Assembly (NCBI GenBank): GCA_964016885.1
Contig: OZ024743.1
Span: 333,994,001 to 334,058,000 of the forward strand
Origin: Eledone cirrhosa
Taxonomy: Eukaryota
Direction of reading: 5' to 3'
Length of the DNA: 64,000 nucleotides
In this document: positions 25,174 to 38,424 of the stretch, piece after piece
How positions within the stretch are numbered: the first letter of the stretch is position 1
Layout of the letters: every line of letters begins with the position of its first letter
Made by a program: the position numbers and the translations under genes
Notes under the pieces: generated by a model
Database searches by the model: none
What the model was told of the DNA's origin: nothing
Seen by the model: only the letters and a program-made list of their open reading frames with translations

Positions 25174-26639
25174 GTGTGTGTGTTTCTGAGTATACGCCTG
25201 TGTGTGTGTGAGTTCGTTTGGTACATTATTTGTGTGTGCATAGATATTTCTATCGTCTGTCATGTCGAAGAATAATGGTTGGTAACCGCCATCAGAATGT
25301 GAATTTATGATTTCAATATCTTATCGCCTCTCCATTAAACTGATATAATTTTAAATTCCTCACAAACAACAGTAGCAGATAAAATAGCTGAAAGATGAAG
25401 ATAAGATGTAATGTAGTGGAAACTAAAACAAACAAAAATCTATAATAAAACATTCAAAAAACAAACAGTAAAGAAAATATTCTCGAAATAGGATTTTATT
25501 TCCTTTTCGTTTTCCCGTAACTCCTGAGAAAGTCGTAGGAGCGCTGTATTGACATATGGCGTATCTTGGGCATTTTTTCAAATGTCTCGGAAATACAAGA
25601 GTCAGTGTCTTTAGATTCCTTCATTGATATTGCTTTTAGACTCGTAACCCTTGATTGAGTTGTAGGGGCACCGTAGTGAGATACAGCGTTTTTTGGGGGG
25701 AATTTTAAACCTGGTGGAGCCCATCTCCTCTCCAGGTCTGAATACAGCAGATTTTTACCTGAAAAGACTAGAGAGTGAGAGAATAGGCTCCAGTATTAGT
25801 GAAGGCGCATGGCTTAGTGGTTAGAGCATTGGGCTTGCAATCAAAAGGTTGTGAGTTCAATTCTCGGACCGGGTGATGTGTTGTTTCCTTAAGCAAGACA
25901 CTTTATTTCACGTTGTTCCAGTTTACTCAGTTGTAGAAATGAGATGATAGGACTGGGGTCCCTATCATTAAATTACCCAAGAAACCTCCAACGAGATATA
26001 CCTTGGAGGAGGTCAGCTAAACCTGCAGAGGTGTGAGCTGTCACACACAGTTTTAGACTGGTACTTTTTATTTACCTCAAATGTACGAAAGGCAAAGTTG
26101 TCCACTGTGGGATTTGAATTCGGAGAGCAGAGAGTGAAACGAATACCACAAGGCATTCTGACGTTCTAACGACTCCGTTAATTCGTCGCCTTAGATTATA
26201 AACACTTAATAACAGATTATATCTCATCTGTTAGTCCTGTAACAAGAGTTACAGGACTAAGAGTCGCAGGGGCACCGTATTGACAGACGGCATTTCTAGG
26301 GCATCTTAAACCAAGCGGAGCCCATCTCTCCAGGTCTGAGTATAGCATATTTCTTCCAGAGAAGGACAGAGAGAGAGAGATGGAACTAAGAAAGAGATGT
26401 AGAGAAAGAATTGGCCCCAGTACTAGACTGGTACTTTTTTTTAATCTACCTTGAATGGATAAAAGACAAAATTGTCCTCGGTGGGATTTGAACAGATTCC
26501 TTCATTAGTATTTTTTTTAGATCGTAACTCCTGATCGATCGTGGGGGCGCCATAGTGACATACAGGGGGCATTTTGAATCTAGCGGAGCCCATCTCCTCG
26601 CCAGGTTTGAACGAGGCAGATTTCTTCTAGTGAATGACA

Positions 26640-26694
<55 letters not shown>

Positions 26695-26698
<4 letters not shown>

Positions 26699-28158
26699 AT
26701 AATAATAAATTTGAAGACTAAAATCCAAAGAGGGCTCGATAAGGATAAATATATAACAAATATATAAGAACCGTAGAGCAAATATTTATTAAAATAACAG
26801 ATTAAAGTTTAAGCAAAGAATCGCTGCTTTCACCCTTAACGGGATCTTCTGAAACTAACAGAGTCAATCTGTGAACACAGAAGTGAATATTTCAAAAAAC
26901 GTTGCAATCGGAGGAAGACAGGAAGACGATACTTTGGTTCGTGGAAACGTTCCCTGGCAAAGAACGGGAAAAAAACGAATATAATACGTCATTATTTGGA
27001 GCGGTGAAAAACAATTACACGCAAAGACAAAACCACGTTTATGGTATAAAAGAAGTCGTAGACTAATATTCTCTTAGGTGGTTCATAGAGACGTTCTCTG
27101 GCAATGAACGGAAAAAACGAAGATAATACGTCATATGTGTAGCGTGGAGAACAATTGCACGCAAAGAGAAAACCACGTAACTGGTATAACTGAAGTCGTA
27201 GACTAAAATTCTAACTAGGAAACCGAATGATTCTCCGCTTCAGAGTTAAGAATAAAGTAAATAAAATACAGAGGTAATTGAAATTAAATAAATACATACA
27301 CGCATCCATATACATACATACACAAGCATACGCGAAAAACTCGCCATAGGTATACAAATACACGCACATATAAATATGTGTGTGTGTGTGCGCGTATATA
27401 CAAATAATTAAATAAACGTATATAAATAAATAAATACGTATATAACAAGTGCACACACATACCTACATGTAAATACACATATGTTCGGAGACGAACGTCA
27501 ACCAAAACACGAAGTACACATATACATACACCCTATATACGTACGAACCCGGATAATCACACAGACGCAAAACTCACGTATACACATAACCAAAAGCATA
27601 TGTACCAGAATATATAAAATATACGCCATAACATATACAATCAAATATACGTACGAGAAAGTATACGTACCTTCACAAAACATACAGGTAATATATACTT
27701 CCCTATACAAATAAGTAATGGTATAAACATAACATATACTTAGCTACCACATCAAGACGTAAAATATCCGCGAAAAGATCGTACTATCCGTTAGGGTATA
27801 ATGTAGGGCTGTAATACAGTAAAGTTTTGTGCAATTTATGTTTACAAGCCGAAATTGCCTCAGATTTTTTGTTTAAGATGTGGTCTGTGGCGTAGAGTAT
27901 TTCCAGGGCCTCAGCTGCGCAGAGGTCACATGGTCTTTTATTTCCGTTATACGACCTAGCCCTAGCTAGGATCTCCCAGTGTAACTTATATTGGGTGTGG
28001 TTGTCTTTTAGACTCCAGATATAAGCTGAAAGTGACGTCATATTCCTTCTTAGAGAGTAACGAAAAGAATGGGTATGCATGTAAAGACGCTGCTTGAATC
28101 TATTGGCGGTTAACCCTATGTAGGCCCTACGGGACGTGGGTGTTTCAACCTTACACAA
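26695..28158 (-). mobile_element. Naiad-like PLE 3' end (GIY-YIG ORF 28158-27784 plus 3' UTR/pLTR)
   Basis: YIGLTANRFKQRLYMH...WEILARARSY...CDLCAAE...LNKKSEAISACKH. The downstream region holds a direct repeat of about 120 bp and a hammerhead-like motif shared with 21145-21305 and 62361-62525. Confidence 0.85.
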
Positions 28159-28493
28159 CCTTACAAAAATAATTTTGAGATAGAGCGTTCGTGATGTTTG
28201 CTCTAATCTGATCAGTTTTGGAAATTCTTCCTGTTTTATGTGAAAAAAGTGGCTTCAGAGGTATTAAGATTGGTTGGTTGTTGAATGTCACGTGAATGAG
28301 TACTATAAATTTCGCGCCCATTCGTGTTGCAAAAATTCTTGTAGTCAAAACAATTTTGATTGGTCATTAGAGGTCACGTTAATGTTAAACAAGATTTTGC
28401 GCCAAATGTAGGTTTGTCGAAGAGTGTCCTTTTTCGCCTGATTGAGAAGTCACTGAAAAATAAGTTTATTAAGACAAATATGCGTGTGTGTGT

Positions 28494-28562
<69 letters not shown>

Positions 28563-28565
<3 letters not shown>

Positions 28566-28827
28566 TAAAGAGGTTAATTGTTGTGATAGTGGTCAGTAGG
28601 GATATGTGTGTGAATTGCAGTCATGTTGAAAGGTCAACAGTTCAGGTGTCTATTGAGACAAATATATATATATATATATATGTGTGTGTGTATGTGTGTG
28701 TGTGTGTGTGTAGCAGAGTGGTTCGTGGTAGAGGAAATAAATTCGCTCAGTAGGAATGTGTGTGTACGTGTGTGGGGGATATTTTAACATGTTGAAAGAT
28801 ATTTTTCAGCTCTTGTCTTATACGGAG

Positions 28828-28863
<36 letters not shown>

Positions 28864-28887
28864 TAGTGTACGCGTGTGTATGTATGT

Positions 28888-28929
<42 letters not shown>

Positions 28930-29033
28930 GTGTGTAGTAAAGAGGTTAATTGTTGTGATAGTGGTCAGTAGAGATATGTGTGTGAATTGCAGTCATGTTG
29001 AAAGGTCAACAGTTCAGGTGTCTATTGAGACAA

Positions 29034-29069
<36 letters not shown>

Positions 29070-29203
29070 ATGTGTGTGTGTGTGTGTAGCAGAGTGGTTC
29101 GTGGTAGAGGAAATAAATTCGCTCAGTAGGAATGTGTGTGTACGTGTGTGGGGGATATTTTAACATGTTGAAAGATATTTTTCAGCTCTTGTCTTATACG
29201 GAG

Positions 29204-29261
<58 letters not shown>

Positions 29262-29285
29262 TAGTGTACGCGTGTGTATGTATGT

Positions 29286-29320
<35 letters not shown>
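28563..29320. repeat. Tandem duplication of about 375 bp of microsatellite-interrupted sequence
   Basis: Blocks TAGTAAAGAGGTTAATTGTTGTGATAG... and AGCAGAGTGGTTCGTGGTAGAGG... each occur twice in the same order. Confidence 0.9.
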
Positions 29321-29326
<6 letters not shown>

Positions 29327-29792
29327 TGTGTGGATGGACCAGTATTTTTGTGATACTGGTAAAAATGGTGTACATTATTCGATATTTTCAGTAATTTGCA
29401 AAAACGATTTTCTCAAAAGAACATCAAAAACATTAATAATAAAAGGGGTGAAATGATATATAGTATTGTCATAACACCAAGGTGTGTGTGAGTGTCCAGA
29501 TTGTACGTACTGCAAGGGGAATCCATTAGGCCCTGCCGTTTTCACATAAAACAGGAAGAATTTCCCAAACTGATCAGATTAGAGCAAACATCACGAGCGC
29601 TCTATCTCAAAATTAGTTTTGAAAAGCATTAGAAATGCGCAACCGGTAAAAACTTAAAACTAAAATTGAATACTAACCAATACTTATTACTAATTTATAC
29701 TTATTCCTAATTAAATTATTTTTCACTGGGAAAAATTTGTCAGCATATTCTTTTCCTTTTACTAATATATCACAACTCGTGTGTTACACCTC

Positions 29793-29900
<108 letters not shown>

Positions 29901-30184
29901 CGTTTCTGAATTTGTTTAGCAAGATTCTGAAAACGTGTGTTGAAACCGATATTGTTATATACACACGGGTGTGTATGATTGTGTATAGAAGATTATATTA
30001 ATAAAAGGAATTCCAACTTTGTCTGATTTACTCGTTTTATTTACAATCCTTTACAATTTATAATGGTATTAGAATGAAATAGTATGGTAGAATATTAAAT
30101 TTTAAATGTTAATTGAACAAGTACTTTCATGCTTTCGCAATCTTCAGGTTCATATTCTGTAGTAACAGTCAAGTTTGCAATTTT

Positions 30185-30242
<58 letters not shown>

Positions 30243-31119
30243 AGAGAGAGAGAGAGAGAGAGAGGAAGAATCGATCCCGACCCCCAGTACTAGATTGGTA
30301 TTTTTTTTATCGGCCTTGAATGCATGAAAGGCAAAATTGTCCTCGGCGGGATTTGAACCCAAAGAACAGAGAGCCAAAACTAATACATTCTATCCGACGA
30401 TCTATCCTTATCAGGCAGTAGCAGATAAAATATTTGAAAGATGAAGATAAGATGAAATGTAGTGGAAACTAAAACAAAGACAAAACTACAATAAAACATT
30501 TAAAAAACAAATAGGAAATAATATATTTTCTAAAGAGTATTTCACTGGATTAAAACTGAAACTGAAATAAATCTAAATAAGACACCAAGTCTAAAATTAA
30601 TTACATTGTAAAATGAATTATTAGAAAGAAACAAATACGGTTATATATGATTGCTTTTATTGTATGGGACCATATTGCAATTTTTGCTGATCTTATTTGT
30701 GCCAGTCACGAACAGGGTAATTTTCTCAGACCCGAAGACTAGGATTTCTTAGAGGCAGCCTTTACATGCCTCTTCGTAACTACAGTGCCGTTTATTGCTC
30801 CATATCAACTCGTAGATTACCGCTGATAGGCCCGGGGCTGCTTATTTATCCGACAGGGGCTAACTAATAACGCAACTAACCATCATATCTGGTGTCCGTA
30901 TCGCTATCTGTCACCCGTGACCCCTTCTCTAGCAGAACTGCTCTGCCGGGAATTGAACGCAAGCATAATACAAAATAGCCTACCTTGAGACGCCTATTGC
31001 GAACGCCTAACTATATTTATTCTGATTCTGGTTGAGTATGCATCGCAACCGGCAGAGTGGTCCTTCTCAAGTTCTTCAGCATAGGTCGGAATAAGGGATA
31101 TACGAAATATATTAGTATG

Positions 31120-31448
31120 GTTCCCTAACTCCCGACGGAGTCGTAGGGGCGCTGCATTGACACATGGCGTTTCTTAAGCATTTTGAAACTTGATGGCACT
31201 CATCCCTCTCCAGGTCTGAATACAGCAGATTTTTTCCGGAGAAGAATAGAAAGTGAGAGAATGGAAGTGAGAAGGAGACATAGAGAAAGAATCGACCTCA
31301 GTACTTGACTGGTACTTTTTTATCGACTTCGAAGAGATGGAAGGCAAATTTTACTTCGGCGGGGTTTGAACTCAGAGAGCAGAGAGACGGAACGAATACC
31401 GCAAAGCATTCTATCCGACGTTCTAATGTCACTGCAAATCTGCCACCA
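31120..31448 (-). mobile_element. SINE family B (family A-like head and core, different 3' tail); related pieces at 21695-21800, 25515-25800, 26050-26630, 30265-30400, 45995-46710
   Basis: Shared core ...TTCCATC...GTCGATAAAAAGTACCAGTC plus a tail CCTGGAGAG..TGGG.TCC...CGCCCCTACGACTCC..GGAGTTA. Confidence 0.75.
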
Positions 31449-31943
31449 TACAAAATATTGTCTGGTTAAATAAATTGCTAATCGTTTCATTAAAACATTA
31501 ATAGGTAGGTCTTGAACCTCTGTTTTAGCCACTTCACTTTACATTACAACGAGACGACCGTGAATATATTCACTTCTACATCTAATTTCATGCGTCATTC
31601 CTATTTACGAAACCGATTTTTAAACTTGGCAACTAAGTAAGAGAGAAGCAATGCCATTGCGAAATTCTGTGCTGTTAGAAATCAACCGTTAACTTGCACA
31701 TGATAATATCAGCTGTTACTTCAATTCTGGAAATGTCGATCAGTATTCTCATCATCAGCACTTGAAATAGTTTTGATATATTAGCTTGAATATTTGCTAC
31801 AATGCATGGAGTGGAATATCTACAATTAGTTATTGAACTAAAAGTTATTGTAGTGTGTAAGAATCATATTCATACTGGTATTTTGTTTTATTTGGAGCTA
31901 TTGAAATGATGTCCAGTCACTGGAGACAAAATAGTTATAAATA

Positions 31944-32828
31944 AACAGAAAATAATCAGAATATTATCGTAAATATCAGTTGAGCTTGAAATTGCGTGTA
32001 CACGTCTACTGTAATTTACATCATCTTTGTAGTAGCAGAAAGTACAATATTCAAGTCCCTTAAAGCAATAATGTCAATAATAATGATTTCTACTATAGGA
32101 ACAAGGCCAGCATTACTGGTACTTTATTTTATCGACCCTGTAAGGATGAAAGGCAAAGTTAACCTCGGCGGGATTTGAACTTAGAATGTTAATAATAATT
32201 GTTTCTACCTTTGGCTCAAGGCCAGCAATTATCGCAGTGCATTATTGGTACTTTATTTTATCGACCCCGACAATTAAAGTACCAGTAATGCACTGGGATA
32301 ATTCCTGGCCTTGTGCCAAAAGTAGAAACTATTATTATTAATGTTCTGGGGGTGGATTGGCAGTATCGGTAGAGGGTCGGACGCCATACTTTCCAGCATA
32401 GAGTTATGTCCCTTTACGGTCTGAGTTCAAATCCCGCCGAGGTTAACTTTGCTTTTCATCCTTACGGGGTCGATAAAATAAAGTACCAGTAATGCACTGG
32501 GATAATTGCTGGCCTTGTGCCAAAAGTAGAAACAATTATCATTAATGTTCTAAGTTCAAATCCTGCCGAAGCTGGCTTTGCCTTTCATCCTAACGAGGTC
32601 GATGAAATAAGGCCCCGGTAATGCACCGGGGTTGATTTAATAGACCCCCCCCCTCAAATTGCTGGCCTTGTTCCTATAGTAGAAATCATTATTATTGACA
32701 TTATCGATTTAGGGACTTGAATATTGTACTTTCTGCTACTACAAAGATGATGTAGATTACAGTAGACGTGTACACGCAATTTCAAGCTCAACTGATATTT
32801 ACGATAATATTCTGATTATTTTCTGTTT
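31944..32828. repeat. Inverted duplication of SINE plus unique flank, with further SINE pieces at the centre (full copy 32349-32535, plus)
   Basis: 31944-32195 is the reverse complement of 32535-32828, including about 130 bp of non-SINE flank. Confidence 0.85.
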
Positions 32829-32829
32829 C

Positions 32830-34600
32830 TAGTTAGGACCACATCTCTCCTCACTGCTATCGGAGCGGAGTTGGCAACCCGCACGTGCGAGCCCCGCTAG
32901 GTAGAGTGGTTGTTCCAGTGCGTCTCTCTCGCCATCCTCCGGGGCAATGTCTTCTCCATCCTGTCTACCATGACCACGAGATGGACTAACCCTTAAGTTT
33001 CATTTATGATGGTGTCATGTGGAAGAGATTTACTTAAGCGTTAAAATAATACAATAGACACACACCCTCGGCTATAGTTTAGGCATAATGTCAGGATATC
33101 TGTAATTTTCTTGTGGAGTAGGGAAGATAATTTTGATTTAATTAACCCTGGTTGTCGAGTGGTATTTATTTTATTGACATCGGAGAGATTAAAGGTATTT
33201 GAACTTAGATCATAAAGAGCTGTAACTAGATAAATTGCTGCGGTTTTTCCAAATTCCATATTGTAGTGTTGGGAAATCCAGGTGCTATCTGTCTGCAAGT
33301 TTGAAATGTCAGAACAGTTTGGCAAAGCTTGTATACTTTTCTTTCCTGTTGACAGCTCCTACACATACGTCTAAGTTGCCGTTCCATGGATACTCTTAGA
33401 AAGGCCTCTAATTGTCTGAATAATTTTGCTCGTCCCGACACTGATGGTACATAAACAGTTACCAGTTTGAACACACTAACACTGTCTTCACTACAGGATC
33501 ACCGACGACCTCTTCGGATCTAGGAAGATTGTGTTTGTCTAAATCTGTGCCTATCCGAAACAGCACTGTTACACCACACGACCTAGGTCGATTGAAAGGG
33601 GGATGAACCTTGTACTTGACCAGAAGGAGCGTGACTGCACCTAATAAATCTTGGTTTCGCTAATGGTTACTATAGCTAATAGCTACTATAAAGTCTAAAG
33701 TCTGTCTTAAGCCAGAAGGCTCATTTGGCCGGTGCTTATCCCGGTTTCATGGCGTGAAGCGACAGAGAGTACAAGACTTCTTCCTGGACAAGACGCCAGT
33801 CCAGCGCAGGATTAAACCTCCAGCTATTGCTGGTACTCATTTTCAGCTGAGTATACTGGAGCAACATGAAATGGAGTGTTTTGCTCAAAAATACAACACG
33901 CAACCCAGGAATCGAACCCACAACATTATGATCGTAAGTCCAACACCCTTACCACTAGCCACGTACCTCCACCAATAGCTACTATAGCTAATGGCTTTAG
34001 CAATCTGAGATGGATGTACAGGTAGTCCTGGTCGTTGCCAACCACCGTACTTTGTGTCTTTAGACATTCATTTAAATCACACCTTTGATATGTTGGGTTA
34101 CGAAAGGATGGGAAGACTCACTTATTTTGTTTTAAGCTTTACCAATCTGAGACTTTAGGGCTGTTTGCCTTGAGAGTGCCCGAAGAATACTGGAAATACA
34201 TTTGCCTTGAGTATTTTCCTAAAATCTACGTCAAGTGAGAACCTTTTCAGGAGTTCCTAATAACTTCCGATGTTGTTTATATCAGCCAATTGTCTACTTT
34301 TGTTTTCGGGAAGAATTCGTTTAATTCCTCTTCATATGTTTGAAAATGAACGCCATTAACGCATTGGTAGTGGTGGTGCAGTCTTACATTTTTCTATGTT
34401 TTGCTGTTGTAGCTGTTGCTGTGTTTGTTCTTATTATTATTGTTGTAGCTTTAGTTCTTCTTCTTACTGTTGATCGTTTCACTTCTGCAACCACCACCAC
34501 CACCACCACCACCACAACCACCGCCACCACCACCTTTCACAACCTTTTAATTTGACCACTCGCCACGTGATGATTCTTAGCCATTTTTGAATTCATTTCT
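32830..34600 (-). pseudogene. Heavily decayed Tx1-like LINE related to 49040-54180
   Basis: IVTISETKI and FKLVTVYVPSVSGRAKLFRQLEAFL resemble VVAICESRI and FRLVAAYAPSGTPRPDFFKRLETFL. Upstream Gly/Asn-rich low-complexity sequence resembles ORF1. Boundaries are approximate. Confidence 0.55.
33691..33973 (-). mobile_element. Full-length tRNA-derived SINE (family C-related) with a 13-bp TSD
   Basis: TSD AATAGCTACTATA at 33678-33690 and 33974-33986; A box TGGCTAGTGG, B box GGTTCGATTCC. Confidence 0.88.
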
Positions 34601-34932
34601 GGCGGTGATCACTGTAAAAATTTTAGTCCAAACTTGAGAAGTCTCTTGATAAGCTCGAAGCCTCATGGATAATACCAGGATCGGATATATCCACAAAGTG
34701 CGAGCGAGACTGTCGACAGTCGGGACTAGAGGGATTTTGGTAAAGTTTATATGCATTTTTTCTTCTAACTTATATTTTAGACCAAGCTTTTTTATTTGTC
34801 TAGTTAATTTCTACGGACTAAAAGGAATGACTAGATACATTTTATCTGACTGTTCCTCGCGGAAAATAGTCTGTATCATTTGTCTATTATTTCTTCATAG
34901 CTACATTTTAAGCTTATAGCCTCGTTTAAATG

Positions 34933-34975
<43 letters not shown>

Positions 34976-34992
34976 ACGTGTGTCTGTATGCG

Positions 34993-35037
<45 letters not shown>

Positions 35038-35715
35038 GTGTATATATATATGTGCGTGTGCATGTGTGAGGGCGTGTGTGTGTGTGTTTGGTGTGAGTGG
35101 GTGTGTGTGTCTGTCATTTTGCGTGGGTATATAACTGTATGCATAGGCGTGTATTTGTGTACGTGTGCATTACGTATATCTTTTTGAGTTTATGTATGCC
35201 TGTGTGTGTTTGTGTGAATGTTTGAGTGCATATTTGTGTGTTTCTGTATTGTGTGAGTGTGTGTATGTGTGAATGTGTGTGTGTGTGTCAGTATTTGACT
35301 TGTCGATGTGTAAATCAGTATGTGTTACATTCTTGCTGAAGTGATATTTACGCGAGAAAACCCAGCAGTTCTCGTCATTAGACACATGACATAGATTGAA
35401 AGGTCGTTGTAAAGAGCTTTCAACGCCACCTACTGGCATTGAAATATCACTGTAAAATTTCAAACTCTGAAGCATAACAGCATAACAGACTGATGCACTA
35501 ATGAATAGCGGCATTGAAATAGAGGCACCATGAAGGTAAGGGAAGATAACTTTACACATTAATTACGGCTATCCATGTTATATAGAAATATATGTCTGTA
35601 TATATATATATATATATCTAAATCTAAATATTATATATATATATTATATACATTTTATTATTATATTACGTGTTCCAGCCGACAGGCTGAGGCCATGCTG
35701 GTGCACCGCCATTGT

Positions 35716-35793
<78 letters not shown>

Positions 35794-35995
35794 TTTTTTT
35801 TTTAGTATATGTTGGTTGTTTACCGACACCTCAGTATGCAGATTGGAGCACTCGACGGAGTACGCAGGTTGGTTTGTTTATTCCGGAGTAATGTAAAATA
35901 AGTAAGTCAAACATGTAAAATTTGGCTTCGTTTATTATAAATTCTCTGTTATATATATTTCGGTGACAGCTATTATTGGCTGTGACCTCTTCAGC

Positions 35996-36053
<58 letters not shown>

Positions 36054-36089
36054 GAAGGTGAACACAATATATAACTACTCCATTACCAT

Positions 36090-36157
36090 CTCTGTCTGAT
36101 GAACGATCCAGACGTATATTAATATTGTCTAGGATCCAGAAACCTTTGGTAATGGAG
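36090..36157 (+). ncRNA. Type I hammerhead motif
   Basis: CTCTGT-CTGATGA-AC-[GATCC AGAC..GTCT A GGATC]-CA-GAAACC-TTT-GGTA-ATGGAG. A short inverted remnant of its 3' flank lies at 36050-36088. Confidence 0.6.
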
Positions 36158-36338
36158 TAGTTATATTTTGTGTTGTTCAATTTCTAATTAAATAGCTCTG
36201 TTCTATACATAGAGCACTCTTCTTTCCTTTGCTTTTTCTTAGGAACGAGTAGGACACCGACGGCTGATCTCAAGCCGTTTCGACGGCTAATTCTAGACTG
36301 CGTTATGGTCCACCTGGTTCCTTACCACATCTCCTTCG

Positions 36339-36384
<46 letters not shown>

Positions 36385-37426
36385 TTCAAGAGTAACCAAT
36401 CTTAAAGAGAGAGATGGAGATAGGATAGGAGATATGAGAGGAGAAATTGGTGAATTAGTTAGAAGCCAAAGCGTAGAGGCATGTGCTCAATGTGCAATAT
36501 GCAGTAGAAAGCAGCTAGGTGGCTGGGTTCATGCAGAAGTTAGGTGCGCAGAGCTGGAAATATGCATTAGTTAATTAAAACAAGACCACAAATTTCACAA
36601 GGAAGACATTATTAAAAGATTGTCAACATATTTTAGTTTGATGTAAGGAATGTAGAGAATAATAATAATAATATTAATAATAATAATGACCGTTTACAAT
36701 TGTTTCGCTACTCCGTATAATATTTCTGGATCAGATGACTATATATCATAATTGATCTGGTTCAGTTGAAAATAATTAACATATTTAAAAAACAGAGCGG
36801 CTCATCGGAACTTCAAAGGAATATAAATTAAAATAATGAGAGAATGTTACATAATATAATGTTCCATATATTGGTTTTTCACTATGGTGTCTTGGTTGCA
36901 TCAGTTGTCAGCCATAATCAAGCAGTATTCATCTGTCGAGGCTGCATTGTGTGAGATCTGCCTATGGGTAACAAGATGGCTGCCAAAGGACATATTTACC
37001 TTACTAATTAGAGGGTGGTTTCAGGAGAATTAACTACTCGAGAGATTAGAAATTGTGGCTAATCAGTTAAATAGCTAATAAGTTAAATAGCTATGACTAA
37101 CTTAGATAATTATAAGTTACCTCCCCTACATCGTCTCTCAATTAAAAAAATTAAAAATAAGTACTTAACTATAAACTACCCACACTTTCTAATCTCTCGA
37201 GGAGTTACTTCCCCTGAAACCACCCTCTAATTAGTAAGGTAAATATGTCCTTTGGCAGCCATCTTGTTACCCATAGGCAGATCTCACACAATGCAGCCTC
37301 GACAGAAGAATACTGCTTGATTATGGCTGACAACTGATGCAACCAAGACACCATAGTGAAAAACCAATATATGGAACATTATATTATGTAACATTCTCTC
37401 ATTATTTTAATTTATATTCCTTTGAA

Positions 37427-37546
37427 GTTCCGATGAGCCGCTCTGTTTTTTAAATATGTTAATTATTTACAACTGAACCAGATCAATTATGATATATAGT
37501 CATCTGATTCAGAAATATTATATGGAGTAGCGAAACAATTGTAAAC
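37427..37546 (+). ncRNA. Hammerhead variant with CCGATGA core and a stem II of about 95 nt (inverted copy 36692-36811, minus)
   Basis: GTT-CCGATGA-GCCGCTCTGT...A(C/T)GGAGTAGC-GAAAC-AATT-GTA-AAC. Confidence 0.65.
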
Positions 37547-37582
37547 GGACATTATTATTATTAATATTATTAATATTAATTA

Positions 37583-37770
37583 AGGGCGGTGGATTGGCAG
37601 TATCGGTAGAGGGTCGGACGCCATGCTTTGCAGCATAGTTACGTCCCTTTACGGACTGAGTTCAAATCGCGCCGAGGTTAACTTTGCCTTTCATCCTTAC
37701 GGGGTCGATAAAATAAAGTACCAGTAATGCACTGGGTATTTGCTGGCCTTGTGACTAAAGTAGAAACAAT
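37583..37770 (+). mobile_element. SINE family A inserted into one arm of the fold-back
   Basis: Full head, core and tail, flanked by the duplicated ATTATTATTAATATTATTA tract. Confidence 0.9.
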
Positions 37771-37982
37771 TATTATTAATATTATTATTATTATTCTCTA
37801 CATTCCTTACATCAAACTAAAATATGTTGACAATCTTTTAATAATGTCTTCCTTGTGAAATTTGTGGTCTTGTTTTGCTTAACTAATGAATATATATATA
37901 TATATATATGTAGATAAATAAAAAATGATGAATTTTTTAATATAAGGAACTGTTTCTTTGTTTTTATTCATTATTTTTATTA

Positions 37983-38028
<46 letters not shown>

Positions 38029-38084
38029 TAATTTTTTGTAGTTTAGTTGAAGCATTGTATATGGTATAAAGTATTCAAAGTTAT

Positions 38085-38375
38085 AAAGCCACAACAATGC
38101 AGTTTTGGACGGAGAAAAACCAAAACGAAAGAAACAGGGTTTGTTTTTTTATCTTATTTTATTCATGTGCCCTGATATTTCGAGATTAATATCGCTTGTT
38201 CCGGGGAAATAAAGAAACTATTCCGGTCTCCAATAGAATAGTTCCTTTATTTTCCTTGGAACAACAGATATTAATCTCGAAATAGCAGGACACATGAATA
38301 AATTAAGGTAAAAAAACCAACCTTGTTTCTTATATTTTAATCTTTCTCCGTCAAAACCTGCATTGTCGTGGCTTT
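38085..38375. repeat. Diverged fold-back between (TA)n tracts
   Basis: AGCCACAACAATGCAG..TTGGACGGAGAAA versus TTTCTCCGTCAAAACCTGCATTGTCGTGGCT; TTTCGAGATTAATATC versus GATATTAATCTCGAAA. Confidence 0.7.
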
Positions 38376-38389
38376 CTAACTTCGAATTC

Positions 38390-38424
<35 letters not shown>

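Larger units (their letters stand above)
36379..37888. mobile_element. Large fold-back PLE pLTR pair in (TA)n
   Basis: 36565-37052 is the reverse complement of 37184-37888, apart from a SINE present only in the right arm. The left arm extends about 190 nt further. Confidence 0.88.

Noticed and set aside
35320-35545. Possible host exon ending in AAG|GTAAGG
   Set aside because: The upstream frames I read contain stops and no acceptor or recognisable protein was found; a donor-like motif alone is insufficient.
36725-36765. SECIS-like hairpin (ATGA...GA) in a PLE pLTR
   Set aside because: It is antisense to the hammerhead-bearing strand, lacks clear SECIS geometry, and no in-frame UGA-for-Cys was seen in the PLE fragments.
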